DNA of 64,000 nt from an uncultured Lachnospiraceae bacterium (lineage in GTDB: Bacteria; Bacillota; Clostridia; Lachnospirales; Lachnospiraceae). Positions 29,474-38,610 of the stretch are shown here, one piece after another. The DNA lies in contig CAJUQB010000014.1 of NCBI GenBank assembly GCA_910588285.1, positions 263 to 64,262 of the forward strand, read 5' to 3'. The translations under genes were made by a program, and so were the position numbers. The notes below the pieces were generated by a model. That model was not told the DNA's origin. It did not search any database and saw nothing but the letters and a program-made list of their open reading frames with translations. Each line of letters begins with the position of its first letter. The stretch's first letter is position 1.

Positions 29474-32002
29474 ATGAGAGCACGAATACTGGCCCAGGTA
29501 GTGCTTGCCTTTTTGCTGGGGATTGTGGGAGCCAGATACCAGATGCCAGGCCTGTTTGTGGCATTGGCCGCAGGCTTGGCTGTCTGGTGGAACGGATCCC
29601 GGAGGCTACGGAGAGCGGCCCTTGGCGCTGCAGTCTGCATGGCGGCGGCTTTGCTGGGCAGCTGGCGGTGGCAGGCCCAGCAGGAGCTGTTTCGGTCCGT
29701 GGAGGAGCGGCTTGTGGATGGGGAGACCGTGACCCTGATGGGGACGCTCTCCCGAAAGGAAGAAAACAGCCGGCAAACAATCTATTATATAAAGGATTCT
29801 TATTTTACTTCATCTGCCCCTTTGTCGGGGGAACAATCAGACGGACAATCAGACAGAAAATCAGAACAAAAGAAAGACAGAAACAGTACAAAAGAAACAA
29901 AGCCCTGGTATGGAGGAGATGGCATTCTCTACCTGGAGGAGGTTCAGGGAGATGCGTTTGCCATCGGCGATACGCTGCAGATCCGGGGAAGCTACCGGGA
30001 ATTTCAGGGTGCCCGCAATGACGGGAATTTTGACCGGAGGGCCTTTTCCCATGGGAAAAATCTTGCCTTTCAGGTACAGGCAGAAGAGCTGGAGCAGCTT
30101 GTACTTTCCCCGGAGGCAGGCTGGTGGGAGCTGCTTTGGAACCGTATGCAGCTTCTCACAGGCAGGTGGAAGGAAGGCTTGTATCAGCTTCGAAAACGGA
30201 TTCAGCCCATCTATGAACAGCTGCTGCCCTCCTCACAGGCCGGGATTTTGTCAGTCATGACCCTGGGAGAGAAGGGGCTTCTGGAAGAGGAGGATAAAAG
30301 GCTGTACCGCCAGGCCGGGATTTCCCATATGCTTGCCATCTCAGGCCTGCATATTTCCCTCCTAGGCATGGGAATCTTCCGGCTGCTGCGCAGGGGAGGG
30401 CTCTCCTACGGAACAAGCGGCGCCATTGCCGGAGGCTTGATTCTCTGCTTCGGGCAGCTGGCCGGGATGGAGGTTTCCACCAGCCGGGCCGTACTGATGT
30501 TTTTGGTGATGCTTCTGGGAAATTTCCTTGGCATGGCCTATGATTCCGTGACAGCCCTGGCTCTGTCCGGGCTGCTGCAGCTGTGGGACAATCCCGCAGG
30601 CCTGTGGTATGCAGGGTTCCAGTTCTCCTATGCCGCTGTGCTGGCCGTGGTGGTGGTATCCAAAATCGGCCAGAGCCTGCTTCCAAAGCAGGAGGCGGGA
30701 ACAGAGGAGCGGAGACGGAGGGGCCTTTGGGGGAAGCTTGCTGCCCGATTGGCAGGGATTGGTGAGACCATGCTGTTAAGCAGCTGCATCCAGCTGGTGA
30801 CACTGCCTCTGACCTTGTGGCATTATTATGAATTTCCGCTGTACACCATCTGCATCAACAGCCTGCTCCTTCCATTTATGGGGATGCTTCTGTTTCTGGG
30901 CATTACGGGAGGAGTTCTGGGATTGCTGTGGCCGGGGGCCGCATGGACTGTCCTGCAGCCCGCCGGCTGGCTGCTTTGGTGGAATGAGGCTGTGTGCCGC
31001 CTGTTCCAGAGGCTGCCCAATGCCCAGGTGATTGCCGGACGCCCTGATTTTGGAGCAATATGCTGCTATTACGGCCTGCTGGGCCTCTGTTTGTACCTGC
31101 TGTGGCGGAGAAAGGGACTTGCCTGCACCGGAAGGTCATGGATGGGAAGCCGGGGAGCGGGCCTTATCCTGGGCCTGCTTCCGGCGGCAGCCCTGGTGTG
31201 GATGGCAATGGCCCCAAAGCCGGGAGAGTTTCAGATTGCATTTCTCGATGTGGGCCAGGGAGACGGCATCTATCTGGAAAATAATGAGGGTGCAGGCTTT
31301 TTTGTGGATGGGGGCAGCAGCAATGTGACAGGGGTGGGGGAATACAGGATCCTTCCTTTTTTGAAATACCATGGAATCCGTGAGATTACAGGCTGGTTTG
31401 TCTCCCACGGGGATCAGGATCACATTTCCGGGCTTCTGGAGGTGTGGGACAGCGGCTACCCCATCCGTCAGCTGTTTCTGGCCCAGGGAATGGTGCGGGA
31501 TGAGGCTTGGCAGGAGCTGGTGGAGGCGGCAGAAGCTCATGGCACTGCGGTGGCTTATTTATCCCCGGGGCAGAGGGTGATTGCAGGAGAGCTGTCCTTT
31601 CGCTGCCTGGGGCCGGAGCCAATGGAACATACGGACCGCAATGAAGCCTCTCTGGTACTGCTGGCGGATTGTGCGGGAGTGAAGGCCCTGCTGACCGGAG
31701 ATATCTCCCAGGCAGAGGAACGCAGGCTGTGTGAAGCTGGCGAAAGCCTGCGGGCGGATGTGTATAAAGCGGCCCACCATGGCTCGAAGCATTCCAATTC
31801 ACGGGAGCTTCTGGAGGCTGTCAAGCCCGGAATCTCCATTGTATCCTGCAGTGAGAGGAACCGCTATGGCCATCCGGGCAGGGAGGCAGTGGCCCACATG
31901 GAGGAGGCGGGAAGCCGGGTGTATTATACCAGGGACAGCGGGCAGCTTCTGGTGAAGGGGAGCAAAGGAAGTCTGACTGTGCAGGGCTTTGCAAAGAGAT
32001 AG
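29474..32002 (+). CDS. comEC: DNA internalization channel ComEC/Rec2
   Basis: It has a competence domain with many TM segments and a C-terminal metallo-beta-lactamase domain (VSHGDQDHISG, AHHGS). Confidence 0.93.
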   Translation: MRARILAQVVLAFLLGIVGARYQMPGLFVALAAGLAVWWNGSRRLRRAALGAAVCMAAALLGSWRWQAQQELFRSVEERLVDGETVTLMGTLSRKEENSRQTIYYIKDSYFTSSAPLSGEQSDGQSDRKSEQKKDRNSTKETKPWYGGDGILYLEEVQGDAFAIGDTLQIRGSYREFQGARNDGNFDRRAFSHGKNLAFQVQAEELEQLVLSPEAGWWELLWNRMQLLTGRWKEGLYQLRKRIQPIYEQLLPSSQAGILSVMTLGEKGLLEEEDKRLYRQAGISHMLAISGLHISLLGMGIFRLLRRGGLSYGTSGAIAGGLILCFGQLAGMEVSTSRAVLMFLVMLLGNFLGMAYDSVTALALSGLLQLWDNPAGLWYAGFQFSYAAVLAVVVVSKIGQSLLPKQEAGTEERRRRGLWGKLAARLAGIGETMLLSSCIQLVTLPLTLWHYYEFPLYTICINSLLLPFMGMLLFLGITGGVLGLLWPGAAWTVLQPAGWLLWWNEAVCRLFQRLPNAQVIAGRPDFGAICCYYGLLGLCLYLLWRRKGLACTGRSWMGSRGAGLILGLLPAAALVWMAMAPKPGEFQIAFLDVGQGDGIYLENNEGAGFFVDGGSSNVTGVGEYRILPFLKYHGIREITGWFVSHGDQDHISGLLEVWDSGYPIRQLFLAQGMVRDEAWQELVEAAEAHGTAVAYLSPGQRVIAGELSFRCLGPEPMEHTDRNEASLVLLADCAGVKALLTGDISQAEERRLCEAGESLRADVYKAAHHGSKHSNSRELLEAVKPGISIVSCSERNRYGHPGREAVAHMEEAGSRVYYTRDSGQLLVKGSKGSLTVQGFAKR

Positions 32003-32119
32003 GGGGATTGTTGTATTTGATGTTCTGGTTGCGAAATGGGAGGAGGTCATTTATAATTGAGAAGGGATGAGTGAAGAGCCAAAAGCATCTTGAATTTCAG
32101 CCTGGGAGGGACATACATT

Positions 32120-33097
32120 ATGAAAACCATAGACGCAGACATCAAGTCCGGCAGCTTTGCGCCGGCATACCTCCTGTATGGGGAGGAAGCGTATTTGAAA
32201 AGGCAGTACCGGGATAAATTAAAAAAGGCGCTGTCCCAGGAGGGAGATACCATGAATACCTCTGTATTTGAGGGGAAGGGGATTGCTGCCGGGGAGGTGA
32301 TCGACCTGGCGGAGACCATGCCCTTTTTCGCGGACCGCAGGCTGATTCTGATTGAGAACAGCGGTTTATTCAAAAGCGGGGCAGAGGAATTGGCGGAATA
32401 CATGAAGGAGATTGCGCAGAGCACCTGCTTTGTCTTTGTGGAGAATGAGGTGGACAAGCGCAGCAGGATGTTCAAGAGTGTCAAAGCAGCAGGCCGAGTG
32501 GTGGAATTCAAGAAGCAGAGTGACAGCATTCTGGTGCAGTGGATCTTAGGGCGGCTGAAGCGGGAACATAAAAACATTACCCAGCCAGTGATGCAGCAGT
32601 TCCTTACCGCAGTGGGAACCGACATGGAGAACATTGACAAGGAGCTGGAAAAGCTGCTGTGCTACTGCATGGACCGCGATGTAATCACCGCGGAGGATGT
32701 GAGGGCCATATGCGTACAGCAGATCCAGAACAAGATCTTTGACATGGTAAATGCCATTGGGGAGAAGGACCAGAAGAAGGCCCTGGAGCTCTATTATGAT
32801 TTGCTGGCCTTGAAGGAGCCGCCGATGCGGATTCTATTCCTGATCGCCCGGCAGTTTCAGATCCTGCTGCAGCTAAAGGAGCTTTCCGGCAAGGGCTTTG
32901 ACAATAAATTCATGGCCGCGAAGGCAGGGGTGCCGGAATTTGCCCTGCGCCGTAATCTGGCCCAGGCCCGAGGCTTTTCGGGGGAGCGCCTCTACCAGGC
33001 GGTGGCAGACTGCGTGGAGGCAGAGGAGGCGGTAAAAACCGGGAATTGCAATGACCGGATGGCAGTAGAGCTGCTGATTGTGCAGTATAGTAAGTGA
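32120..33097 (+). CDS. holA: DNA polymerase III delta subunit
   Basis: The N-terminus is ...APAYLLYGEE.YL and the gene sits in the conserved position after comEC. The ATG at 32120 follows GGGAGGG. Confidence 0.88.
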   Translation: MKTIDADIKSGSFAPAYLLYGEEAYLKRQYRDKLKKALSQEGDTMNTSVFEGKGIAAGEVIDLAETMPFFADRRLILIENSGLFKSGAEELAEYMKEIAQSTCFVFVENEVDKRSRMFKSVKAAGRVVEFKKQSDSILVQWILGRLKREHKNITQPVMQQFLTAVGTDMENIDKELEKLLCYCMDRDVITAEDVRAICVQQIQNKIFDMVNAIGEKDQKKALELYYDLLALKEPPMRILFLIARQFQILLQLKELSGKGFDNKFMAAKAGVPEFALRRNLAQARGFSGERLYQAVADCVEAEEAVKTGNCNDRMAVELLIVQYSK

Positions 33098-33110
33098 GCG
33101 GGAATAAAAA

Positions 33111-33131
33111 AGAATGCGCTCTGCGCATTCT
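33111..33131 (+). terminator. hairpin after holA (AGAATGCGC-TCT-GCGCATTCT)
   Basis: This is a perfect 9-bp stem preceded by an A-run, with only a weak T-run after it. Confidence 0.5.
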
Positions 33132-33197
33132 TCGCGCCCGAGCGGTGCCGTTCACGGTTAATTTCACCTCCGCGAGGTGCGCATCCTGCCCGGAGGG

Positions 33198-33246
33198 CTT
33201 TTTGTGATATAGGAAATCCGGAGGAATTTCCTATATCACAAAAAAG
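33198..33246. repeat. long near-perfect palindrome TTTTTGTGATATAGGAAAT ... ATTTCCTATATCACAAAAA
   Basis: It has 19-bp perfect arms around CCGGAGGA and lies between the convergent holA and rpsT genes. Confidence 0.85.
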
Positions 33247-33276
33247 ACCTTTCAGCATGACGGTACTGAAAGGTCT
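33241..33276 (-). terminator. rpsT intrinsic terminator
   Basis: The stem agacctttcag/ctgaaaggtct is followed on the minus strand by TTTTT. Confidence 0.8.
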
Positions 33277-33284
33277 TTTATTAT

Positions 33285-33548
33285 TTATGCGATTCCGTTT
33301 ACAGCCTTGCTCAGACGGGAAATCTTCCTGGATGCTGTATTCTTATGATACACGCCCTTGGTGGTCGCCTTGTCAATCTCAGAAGTAGCAGCAAGCAGTG
33401 CAGCCTTAGCTGCTTCCTGATCCTTCGCGGCAATGGCAGCGTCTACCTTCTTAATCGCTGTCTTAACTCTGGACTTGATTGCCTTGTTGCGGGCAGTCTT
33501 GGTCTCAGTCACTAAAATTCTCTTCTTTGCTGATTTAATGTTAGCCAA
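33285..33548 (-). CDS. rpsT: 30S ribosomal protein S20
   Basis: (M)ANIKSAKKRILV... uses a TTG start at 33548, 6 nt after GGAGGTG. The track's upstream extension is unlikely. Confidence 0.93.
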   Translation of the reverse strand: MANIKSAKKRILVTETKTARNKAIKSRVKTAIKKVDAAIAAKDQEAAKAALLAATSEIDKATTKGVYHKNTASRKISRLSKAVNGIA

Positions 33549-33648
33549 TCCGTACACCTCCAATCCCAAATGGTTTTGTTTGTATTGATTGTTTCATTAA
33601 AGCCGGACACGGACGTTCTAATGGAAACATTTTGAAACATACTCATAT

Positions 33649-33677
33649 ATTTTAGTTCAAGTATTCCGTTCTGTCAA
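33649..33677 (-). promoter_or_regulatory. rpsT promoter
   Basis: On the minus strand: TTGACA (33677-33672), a 17-nt spacer, then TAAAAT (33654-33649). This leaves a leader of roughly 95 nt. Confidence 0.55.
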
Positions 33678-33716
33678 TACATATTTTAGGTTTTTTTTGA
33701 GAAAATAGGAGAAAGG

Positions 33717-33764
33717 GTTACAATTCACGGCCGAACCGGCCGCGAACTGTAACGCATCCAGCCC
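33717..33764 (-). repeat. 48-nt structured repeat, copy A (inverted relative to copy B at 49078)
   Basis: The reverse complement, gggctggatgcgttacagttcgcggccggTTCGgccgtgaattgtaac, matches 49078-49125 except for 3 nt in the hairpin loop. The 15-bp stem has 2 G-U pairs on this strand. Confidence 0.9.
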
Positions 33765-33942
33765 ATTGAAAAGTCGCCTGACGGCGAGGGGCTGGATGCA
33801 CGCAACCGCTGTTTTTCTGGCCGGATGCCTTGCAGCAGGGTGCAAGGCACCGTGAATAGTAAGTGCGCCCAGAAAGGGTTGCTTTTCATAAACTTATCAT
33901 TCAAAATTTCATCAAAAATGGTACGGACGGAGGAGAAATACA

Positions 33943-34899
33943 GTGAGTCAGTTTCAGGTGAGAACGGATTTGGCGCTGGAGACCAGTGAAAAATTTAAGG
34001 AAGACAATGTGGAGATCAAGGGTGTCCGGCTGACGGAGGAGGAATCCGAGAACGGAGAAATCAAAATTACCCGTGTGGTGATTGAGACAGAGAATGGCGC
34101 AAAGGCCATGGGAAAGCCCAAGGGGACCTATGTGACACTGGAGGCCCCCGGCATGAGCGAGCAGGATGAGGATTATCACCGGGAAATCTCAGAGCAGCTG
34201 GCCCGGGTGCTGGAGGAGCTGCTTCCCCAGAAGGAGGGACCCCTGTCTATTCTTGTAGTTGGGCTGGGGAACCGGGAGGTGACGCCGGATGCCCTGGGGC
34301 CTCGTGTGGTGGATAATATGATGATTACCCGCCATATCATCAAGGAATTTGGCAAATATGTCTTTGGCCAGGCAGGCACCAACCAGATCTCCAGCATTGT
34401 GCCTGGGGTGATGGCCCAGACCGGGATGGAGAGCCTGGAAATTGTAAAGGGGATCATTGACGAGACAAGCCCGGACTGTATTATAGCAGTGGATGCCCTG
34501 GCAGCCAGAAGTACCCGGCGGCTGGGCCGTACCATACAGATCACGGATACGGGCATCAATCCAGGCTCCGGTGTGGGGAATCACCGCCATGGCCTGAACC
34601 GGGAGAGCGCCGGGATCCCGGTGATTGCCATTGGGATTCCCACCGTGGTGGATGCAGCCACCATTGTCAGCGATACCATGGAGAGCCTGATTGAAGCCAT
34701 GAATCAGTCCAGCCAGCTGAAAAGCCTGGGAGGAACCCTGGGAACCCTGGACGATGCGGAGCAGCATGAGCTGGTGCGGGAGCTGCTGTCCCCGGCATTG
34801 AATACCATGTTTGTGACGCCCAAGGATATTGACGAGTCGATCAAAAGGCTGAGCTTTACCGTGTCAGAGGGGTTGAATATTGCCCTTTGCGGGGCATAA
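33943..34899 (+). CDS. gpr: germination protease GPR
   Basis: (M)SQFQVRTDLALE... uses a GTG start 7 nt after GGAGGAG. The gene occupies the conserved rpsT-gpr-spoIIP position. Confidence 0.9.
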   Translation: MSQFQVRTDLALETSEKFKEDNVEIKGVRLTEEESENGEIKITRVVIETENGAKAMGKPKGTYVTLEAPGMSEQDEDYHREISEQLARVLEELLPQKEGPLSILVVGLGNREVTPDALGPRVVDNMMITRHIIKEFGKYVFGQAGTNQISSIVPGVMAQTGMESLEIVKGIIDETSPDCIIAVDALAARSTRRLGRTIQITDTGINPGSGVGNHRHGLNRESAGIPVIAIGIPTVVDAATIVSDTMESLIEAMNQSSQLKSLGGTLGTLDDAEQHELVRELLSPALNTMFVTPKDIDESIKRLSFTVSEGLNIALCGA

Positions 34900-35070
34900 A
34901 TGGAGGGTGTTGGACATATATTATAGATAATTTGAAGGAATTTCCGCTGGGATAAAAAGCTCTTGGAGCAGGATTTTTTCAATTGCGTTATGTTTGGTAT
35001 GGATAGAGGCAGGATGACTGTATATTAGGCAGGATGTTTGTAGGATATATGCGAGATAGAGGGGACTAGT

Positions 35071-36492
35071 GTGAGACAGAAACGGTTTGTATTTCGGAAA
35101 CATTTGGGAAAGGTGCTGTTGGGGCTGTGTATTGGGACGGTGCTGGTGTGCTGGCAGAACCTTGGGAGCGCAGGGGAGGCGCCGGCAGCAGTGGAGATCT
35201 GGAGCTATTTGAAAAATAATCTTTACTTGGAAGCAGTGGCGCATACCTTTCCGCTGGCAGCCGGGGATTTTGGGCAGGAGGAGAGCAGCGGGCCGGGGCA
35301 GGAATTTTATCAGAAATATTTGCTGGGGATGTTTCCCCTGTGGCAGTATGCGGGACAGCGGACAGACTATGGGGTGCAGGCGGAGCGTGAGATGACCTAT
35401 GAAATGCTGCTGGCCCGGGAGGGGGTGGATGAAGAATACAGGGACGGGGAGCGGATAACGGTGCAGGAAGTAGAGGGAGGATTTTCAAAGGAACAGGAGT
35501 CCCAGGCCGGACAGTCCCAGGAGGGGCAGGAGTCCCAGGCCGGACAGTCCCAGGAGGGACAGCAGTCTTCGGAAGGGCAGCCTCAGGAGGGACAGCAGCC
35601 CCAGGAAGGACAGTCCCAGGAGGGACAGCAGCCCCAGGAAGGGCAGCCTCAGGAGGGACAGCAGCCCCAGGAGGGGGCGGAACCGTCCCAGGCCGGGGCC
35701 AGCACTGCCCTGACGGCAGCAGAGCCGGTGGTACATATTTCCAGGGAAAAGCTGAATGATTTTGACTATCTGATCCAAAATTTTTATATTGTGGATAAGA
35801 CCACAACCATTGACGGGAGCCAGCTGAATGCAGCGGAGCTGCTGGCCAAGGATATGCGCCTGGCCACCACGGCGGACCAGCCCCAGATCCTGATTCACCA
35901 CACCCATTCCCAGGAACGGTTTGCGGATTCCACGGAGGATGCGGCCACCTCCATTGTGGGGGTGGGGGAATATTTGACAACCCTGCTGCGGGAGCAGTAT
36001 GGATTCAATGTAATCCATGATACGGGAGAGTATGACGTGATTGACCATGACAATGCCTATTCCTATGCAGGGCCGGCGGTGGAGAAGATTCTGGCGGAGA
36101 ATCCTTCCATTGAGGTGGTGATTGACCTGCACCGAGATGCGGTGAACGGGGCGCCCCTGGTGCAGGAGGTCAACGGGAAGCGGGCGGCCAAGATCATGTT
36201 TTTCAATGGCCTTTCCAGGACGACCGCAAGGGGGAACCTGGATTATCTCTACAATCCCTATCTGCAGGATAACCTGGCTATTTCCCTGCAGCTAAAGATT
36301 GCCGCAGAGGAGTATTATCCTGGCTTTACCAGGCCCAATTTTCTGAAAGGCTACCGCTATAACCTTCACTATGTGCCAAAGAGCCTGCTGATTGAGGTGG
36401 GGGCCCAGAACAATACTGTGGAGGAGGCCATGAATGCCATGGAGCCGCTGGCGGATCTGCTGCACAAGGTGCTGATGCCGGAGGGGAATTAG
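35071..36492 (+). CDS. spoIIP: stage II sporulation protein P (SpoIIP amidase/endopeptidase)
   Basis: It has a TM anchor and a C-terminal SpoIIP domain (IHHTHSQE..., VIDLHRDA, FNG). It uses a GTG start. A Q/E/G-rich repeat linker spans about 35494-35676. Confidence 0.88.
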   Translation: MRQKRFVFRKHLGKVLLGLCIGTVLVCWQNLGSAGEAPAAVEIWSYLKNNLYLEAVAHTFPLAAGDFGQEESSGPGQEFYQKYLLGMFPLWQYAGQRTDYGVQAEREMTYEMLLAREGVDEEYRDGERITVQEVEGGFSKEQESQAGQSQEGQESQAGQSQEGQQSSEGQPQEGQQPQEGQSQEGQQPQEGQPQEGQQPQEGAEPSQAGASTALTAAEPVVHISREKLNDFDYLIQNFYIVDKTTTIDGSQLNAAELLAKDMRLATTADQPQILIHHTHSQERFADSTEDAATSIVGVGEYLTTLLREQYGFNVIHDTGEYDVIDHDNAYSYAGPAVEKILAENPSIEVVIDLHRDAVNGAPLVQEVNGKRAAKIMFFNGLSRTTARGNLDYLYNPYLQDNLAISLQLKIAAEEYYPGFTRPNFLKGYRYNLHYVPKSLLIEVGAQNNTVEEAMNAMEPLADLLHKVLMPEGN

Positions 36493-36551
36493 CGGGAGGA
36501 AATGTGATTACAGCTTGAAATCCAAGCAAAAGGGTGTTATGATGTTTCTAT

Positions 36552-36597
36552 AAAAAGATGTTGGGGTCAAAAGGTATTTTGACCCCAACATCTTTTT
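36552..36597. terminator. bidirectional terminator after spoIIP
   Basis: AAAAA-gatgttggggtcaaaa-ggta-ttttgaccccaacatc-TTTTT. Confidence 0.85.
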
Positions 36598-36620
36598 ATG
36601 ATAGAAGGAGAGAACGTACT

Positions 36621-37570
36621 ATGAATTATGCAATAAAAGCTTCGAATATTGAGATAGAGTATAACGGAAGGATGCTTTTGGATATTGATGAGCTGTTTGT
36701 ATATCCCACAGACAAAATTGGGCTGGTTGGTGCAAATGGCCGTGGGAAGACAACCCTCCTCCATATACTGGCAGGCATTCTTCCCTGTCCCCAAGCAGCC
36801 ATTGAGAGAAACGGTATCATTCGGGTCATGGAGCAGCTTCATTCAACAGAGGAGTATGAAGAACTGGATGTGGACAACGACTTGTTAAAGAATTTCAGTA
36901 AATTATCCGTTGCAGATAAATCCCGGGAGCATTTCAGCGGCGGAGAGGAGACAAGAACGCAGATTGCGAATACGTTCCGGGCAGATACTGCAGGAATCAT
37001 TGCAGATGAGCCCACCAGCCATTTGGATTATGAAGGCATACAGTATTTGATTGCAGAACTGAAAACAAATGTCTTACAATCGGTATGTGGCAGAAAAGGA
37101 TAAAAGCAATTTTGGAGGGAGACTGGGCCATCAGTCCTCTGTCGGCTCCAAGGAAATTAGAATTGCATAATCCATATCCAATTATAGGGGAGAAAATCTG
37201 TAAATCATTTGGCGGGCTTGTACTGTTTGACAATGCCGGGTTTAGCCTGCCGTTGAACAGCAAAGCGGCAATCACAGGGCCAAACGGCTGCGGGAAAACG
37301 ACATTGTTCTGGATGATTTTAGAAAGAGAATCCTGTATGAAGATTTCACCGAAAGCGGTGTTCGGCGTTTATGCCCAGACGGTCTATCAATGCCAAAGGC
37401 GGGAGACGGTGATGGAATACTTATTGGAGCACTGCGAATATAGCAGCTCTGAAATCAGAGGGTCATTAATAAACATGGGGCTTCTATCGCTTTTGCTGGG
37501 AAGATATAATATTTTGCTGTTAGATTTCCCTGCCAAATACATATTTTGCCCCTTCCTGCCAAACCTATAA
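36621..37570 (+). pseudogene. decayed ABC-F (Lsa/Vga-like ARE or related) ATPase
   Basis: NBD1 retains GANGRGKTT and FSGGE, then breaks at ..LKTNV. The continuation YNRYVAEKDK is in another frame. NBD2 retains GPNGCGKTT but lacks an intact signature/Walker B (NILLLDFPAKYIF). The inter-domain linker is largely missing. The region is AT-richer than its flanks. Confidence 0.75.
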
Positions 37571-37588
37571 GGAATAGGAGTGAGGCAT

Positions 37589-38521
37589 ATGTTTTATGTG
37601 CAGGGCGCCGCAGGCTTTTTGCCTGTGAATCTTACAAAATGGAAAAAAGACGAGACCGCAGTGGGATATTTGACCATGGAAGAAGCAGAGCGGCACAGGG
37701 AGAGGCTTCAGATCCCCCTGGAGGTGATTGAGCAGCTTGCCAGGGAGCCGGTGCGCTTCGGGGGCGGGCTTAGAATGAAGGAGAAGGGAGCCTGCGGTTT
37801 GCTGTATCTGCTGCCGGAGGGACAGCAGGCTGCCTATGGGAGGCTTGCTGTCTTTGTCCGGCAGAACCTGTTTGTGCTGGTGGAGGTATCGGAGGGGCAG
37901 GAGAGATGGAAGGAACAGCTTCTGGGCATTCTGGAGGGCCAGAGTGAAGAGGCCACCTTAGAGCGGGTGGTCTATGAGTATCTGGATCATTTTTTACAGC
38001 AGGGGAACCACTGGCTGGGGCAGCTGGAGGCCAGGATCCTTACCATGGAGCACAGCCTGGTGGAGGGAGCCATGGACCGGAACCTGAACCGTGATATTTT
38101 CCGTCTGAAATGCCGCCTTTCCATGCTGAAAAATTATTTCGGACAGTTTGCCAGCATTGGCGCCCTGCTCCGGGAAAACGAGAACCATATGTTCTGGCAG
38201 GAGGATTTTGAATATTTTAAGGTGTTCACCGACAAGGCGGAACGGCTGCTGGGGAATACAAAGATGCTCTGCGAGGATCTGATCCATGTGCGGGAGGCCC
38301 TGGACGCGGCCCTGGATTATAACCTCAATTCCATTATGAAGGTGTTTACTGTGGTTACCACTGTCTTTTTGCCCCTGTCCCTGATTACCGGCTGGTATGG
38401 GATGAATTTTGCCCATATGCCGGAGCTCACCTGGCGGTACGGATATATTGGCGTGGCTTTGTTGGCCCTGGCGGTGGTGGCTGCCTGTATCTTCTTTTTT
38501 AAGTGGAAGAAGCTGTTGTGA
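37589..38521 (+). CDS. corA: CorA-family magnesium/cobalt transporter
   Basis: It has the GWYGMNF motif and two C-terminal TM segments. The ATG at 37589 lies 8 nt after AGGAG. Confidence 0.88.
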   Translation: MFYVQGAAGFLPVNLTKWKKDETAVGYLTMEEAERHRERLQIPLEVIEQLAREPVRFGGGLRMKEKGACGLLYLLPEGQQAAYGRLAVFVRQNLFVLVEVSEGQERWKEQLLGILEGQSEEATLERVVYEYLDHFLQQGNHWLGQLEARILTMEHSLVEGAMDRNLNRDIFRLKCRLSMLKNYFGQFASIGALLRENENHMFWQEDFEYFKVFTDKAERLLGNTKMLCEDLIHVREALDAALDYNLNSIMKVFTVVTTVFLPLSLITGWYGMNFAHMPELTWRYGYIGVALLALAVVAACIFFFKWKKLL

Positions 38522-38541
38522 AGGAGGATTTTTGGAAAGCT

Positions 38542-38571
38542 TTGGACAAGAACGCTATCATATGGTATAAT
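38542..38571 (+). promoter_or_regulatory. lepA promoter
   Basis: TTGGAC, an 18-nt spacer, then TGgTATAAT (extended -10). Confidence 0.5.
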
Positions 38572-38610
38572 CTTACAAGCATTTACAGCGCACCGTTAAG
38601 GAGGTACGAT

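Noticed and set aside
33570-33942. Whether the structured intergenic regions (also 11447-12000 and 48882-49236) hide a tRNA, tmRNA, RNase P, SRP or 6S RNA.
   Set aside because: I found none of the hallmark motifs (T-loop GGTTCGAATCC-type, RNase P GAGGAAAGTCC, SRP GGAAGCAGCC-type). The hairpins are better described as repeat elements. A covariance-model scan would be needed to be sure.
35066-35980. A 304-aa Pro-rich minus-strand ORF overlapping spoIIP.
   Set aside because: It is the mirror image of the Q/E/G repeat tract of SpoIIP. It has no start context and its low-complexity composition is explained by the sense-strand repeats.
36558-37570. Treating 36558-37103 and 37085-37570 as two independent small ABC ATPase genes.
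   Set aside because: Together they are the two NBDs of one ABC-F protein. The junction, linker and second Walker B/signature are disrupted, so pseudogene is the better reading.
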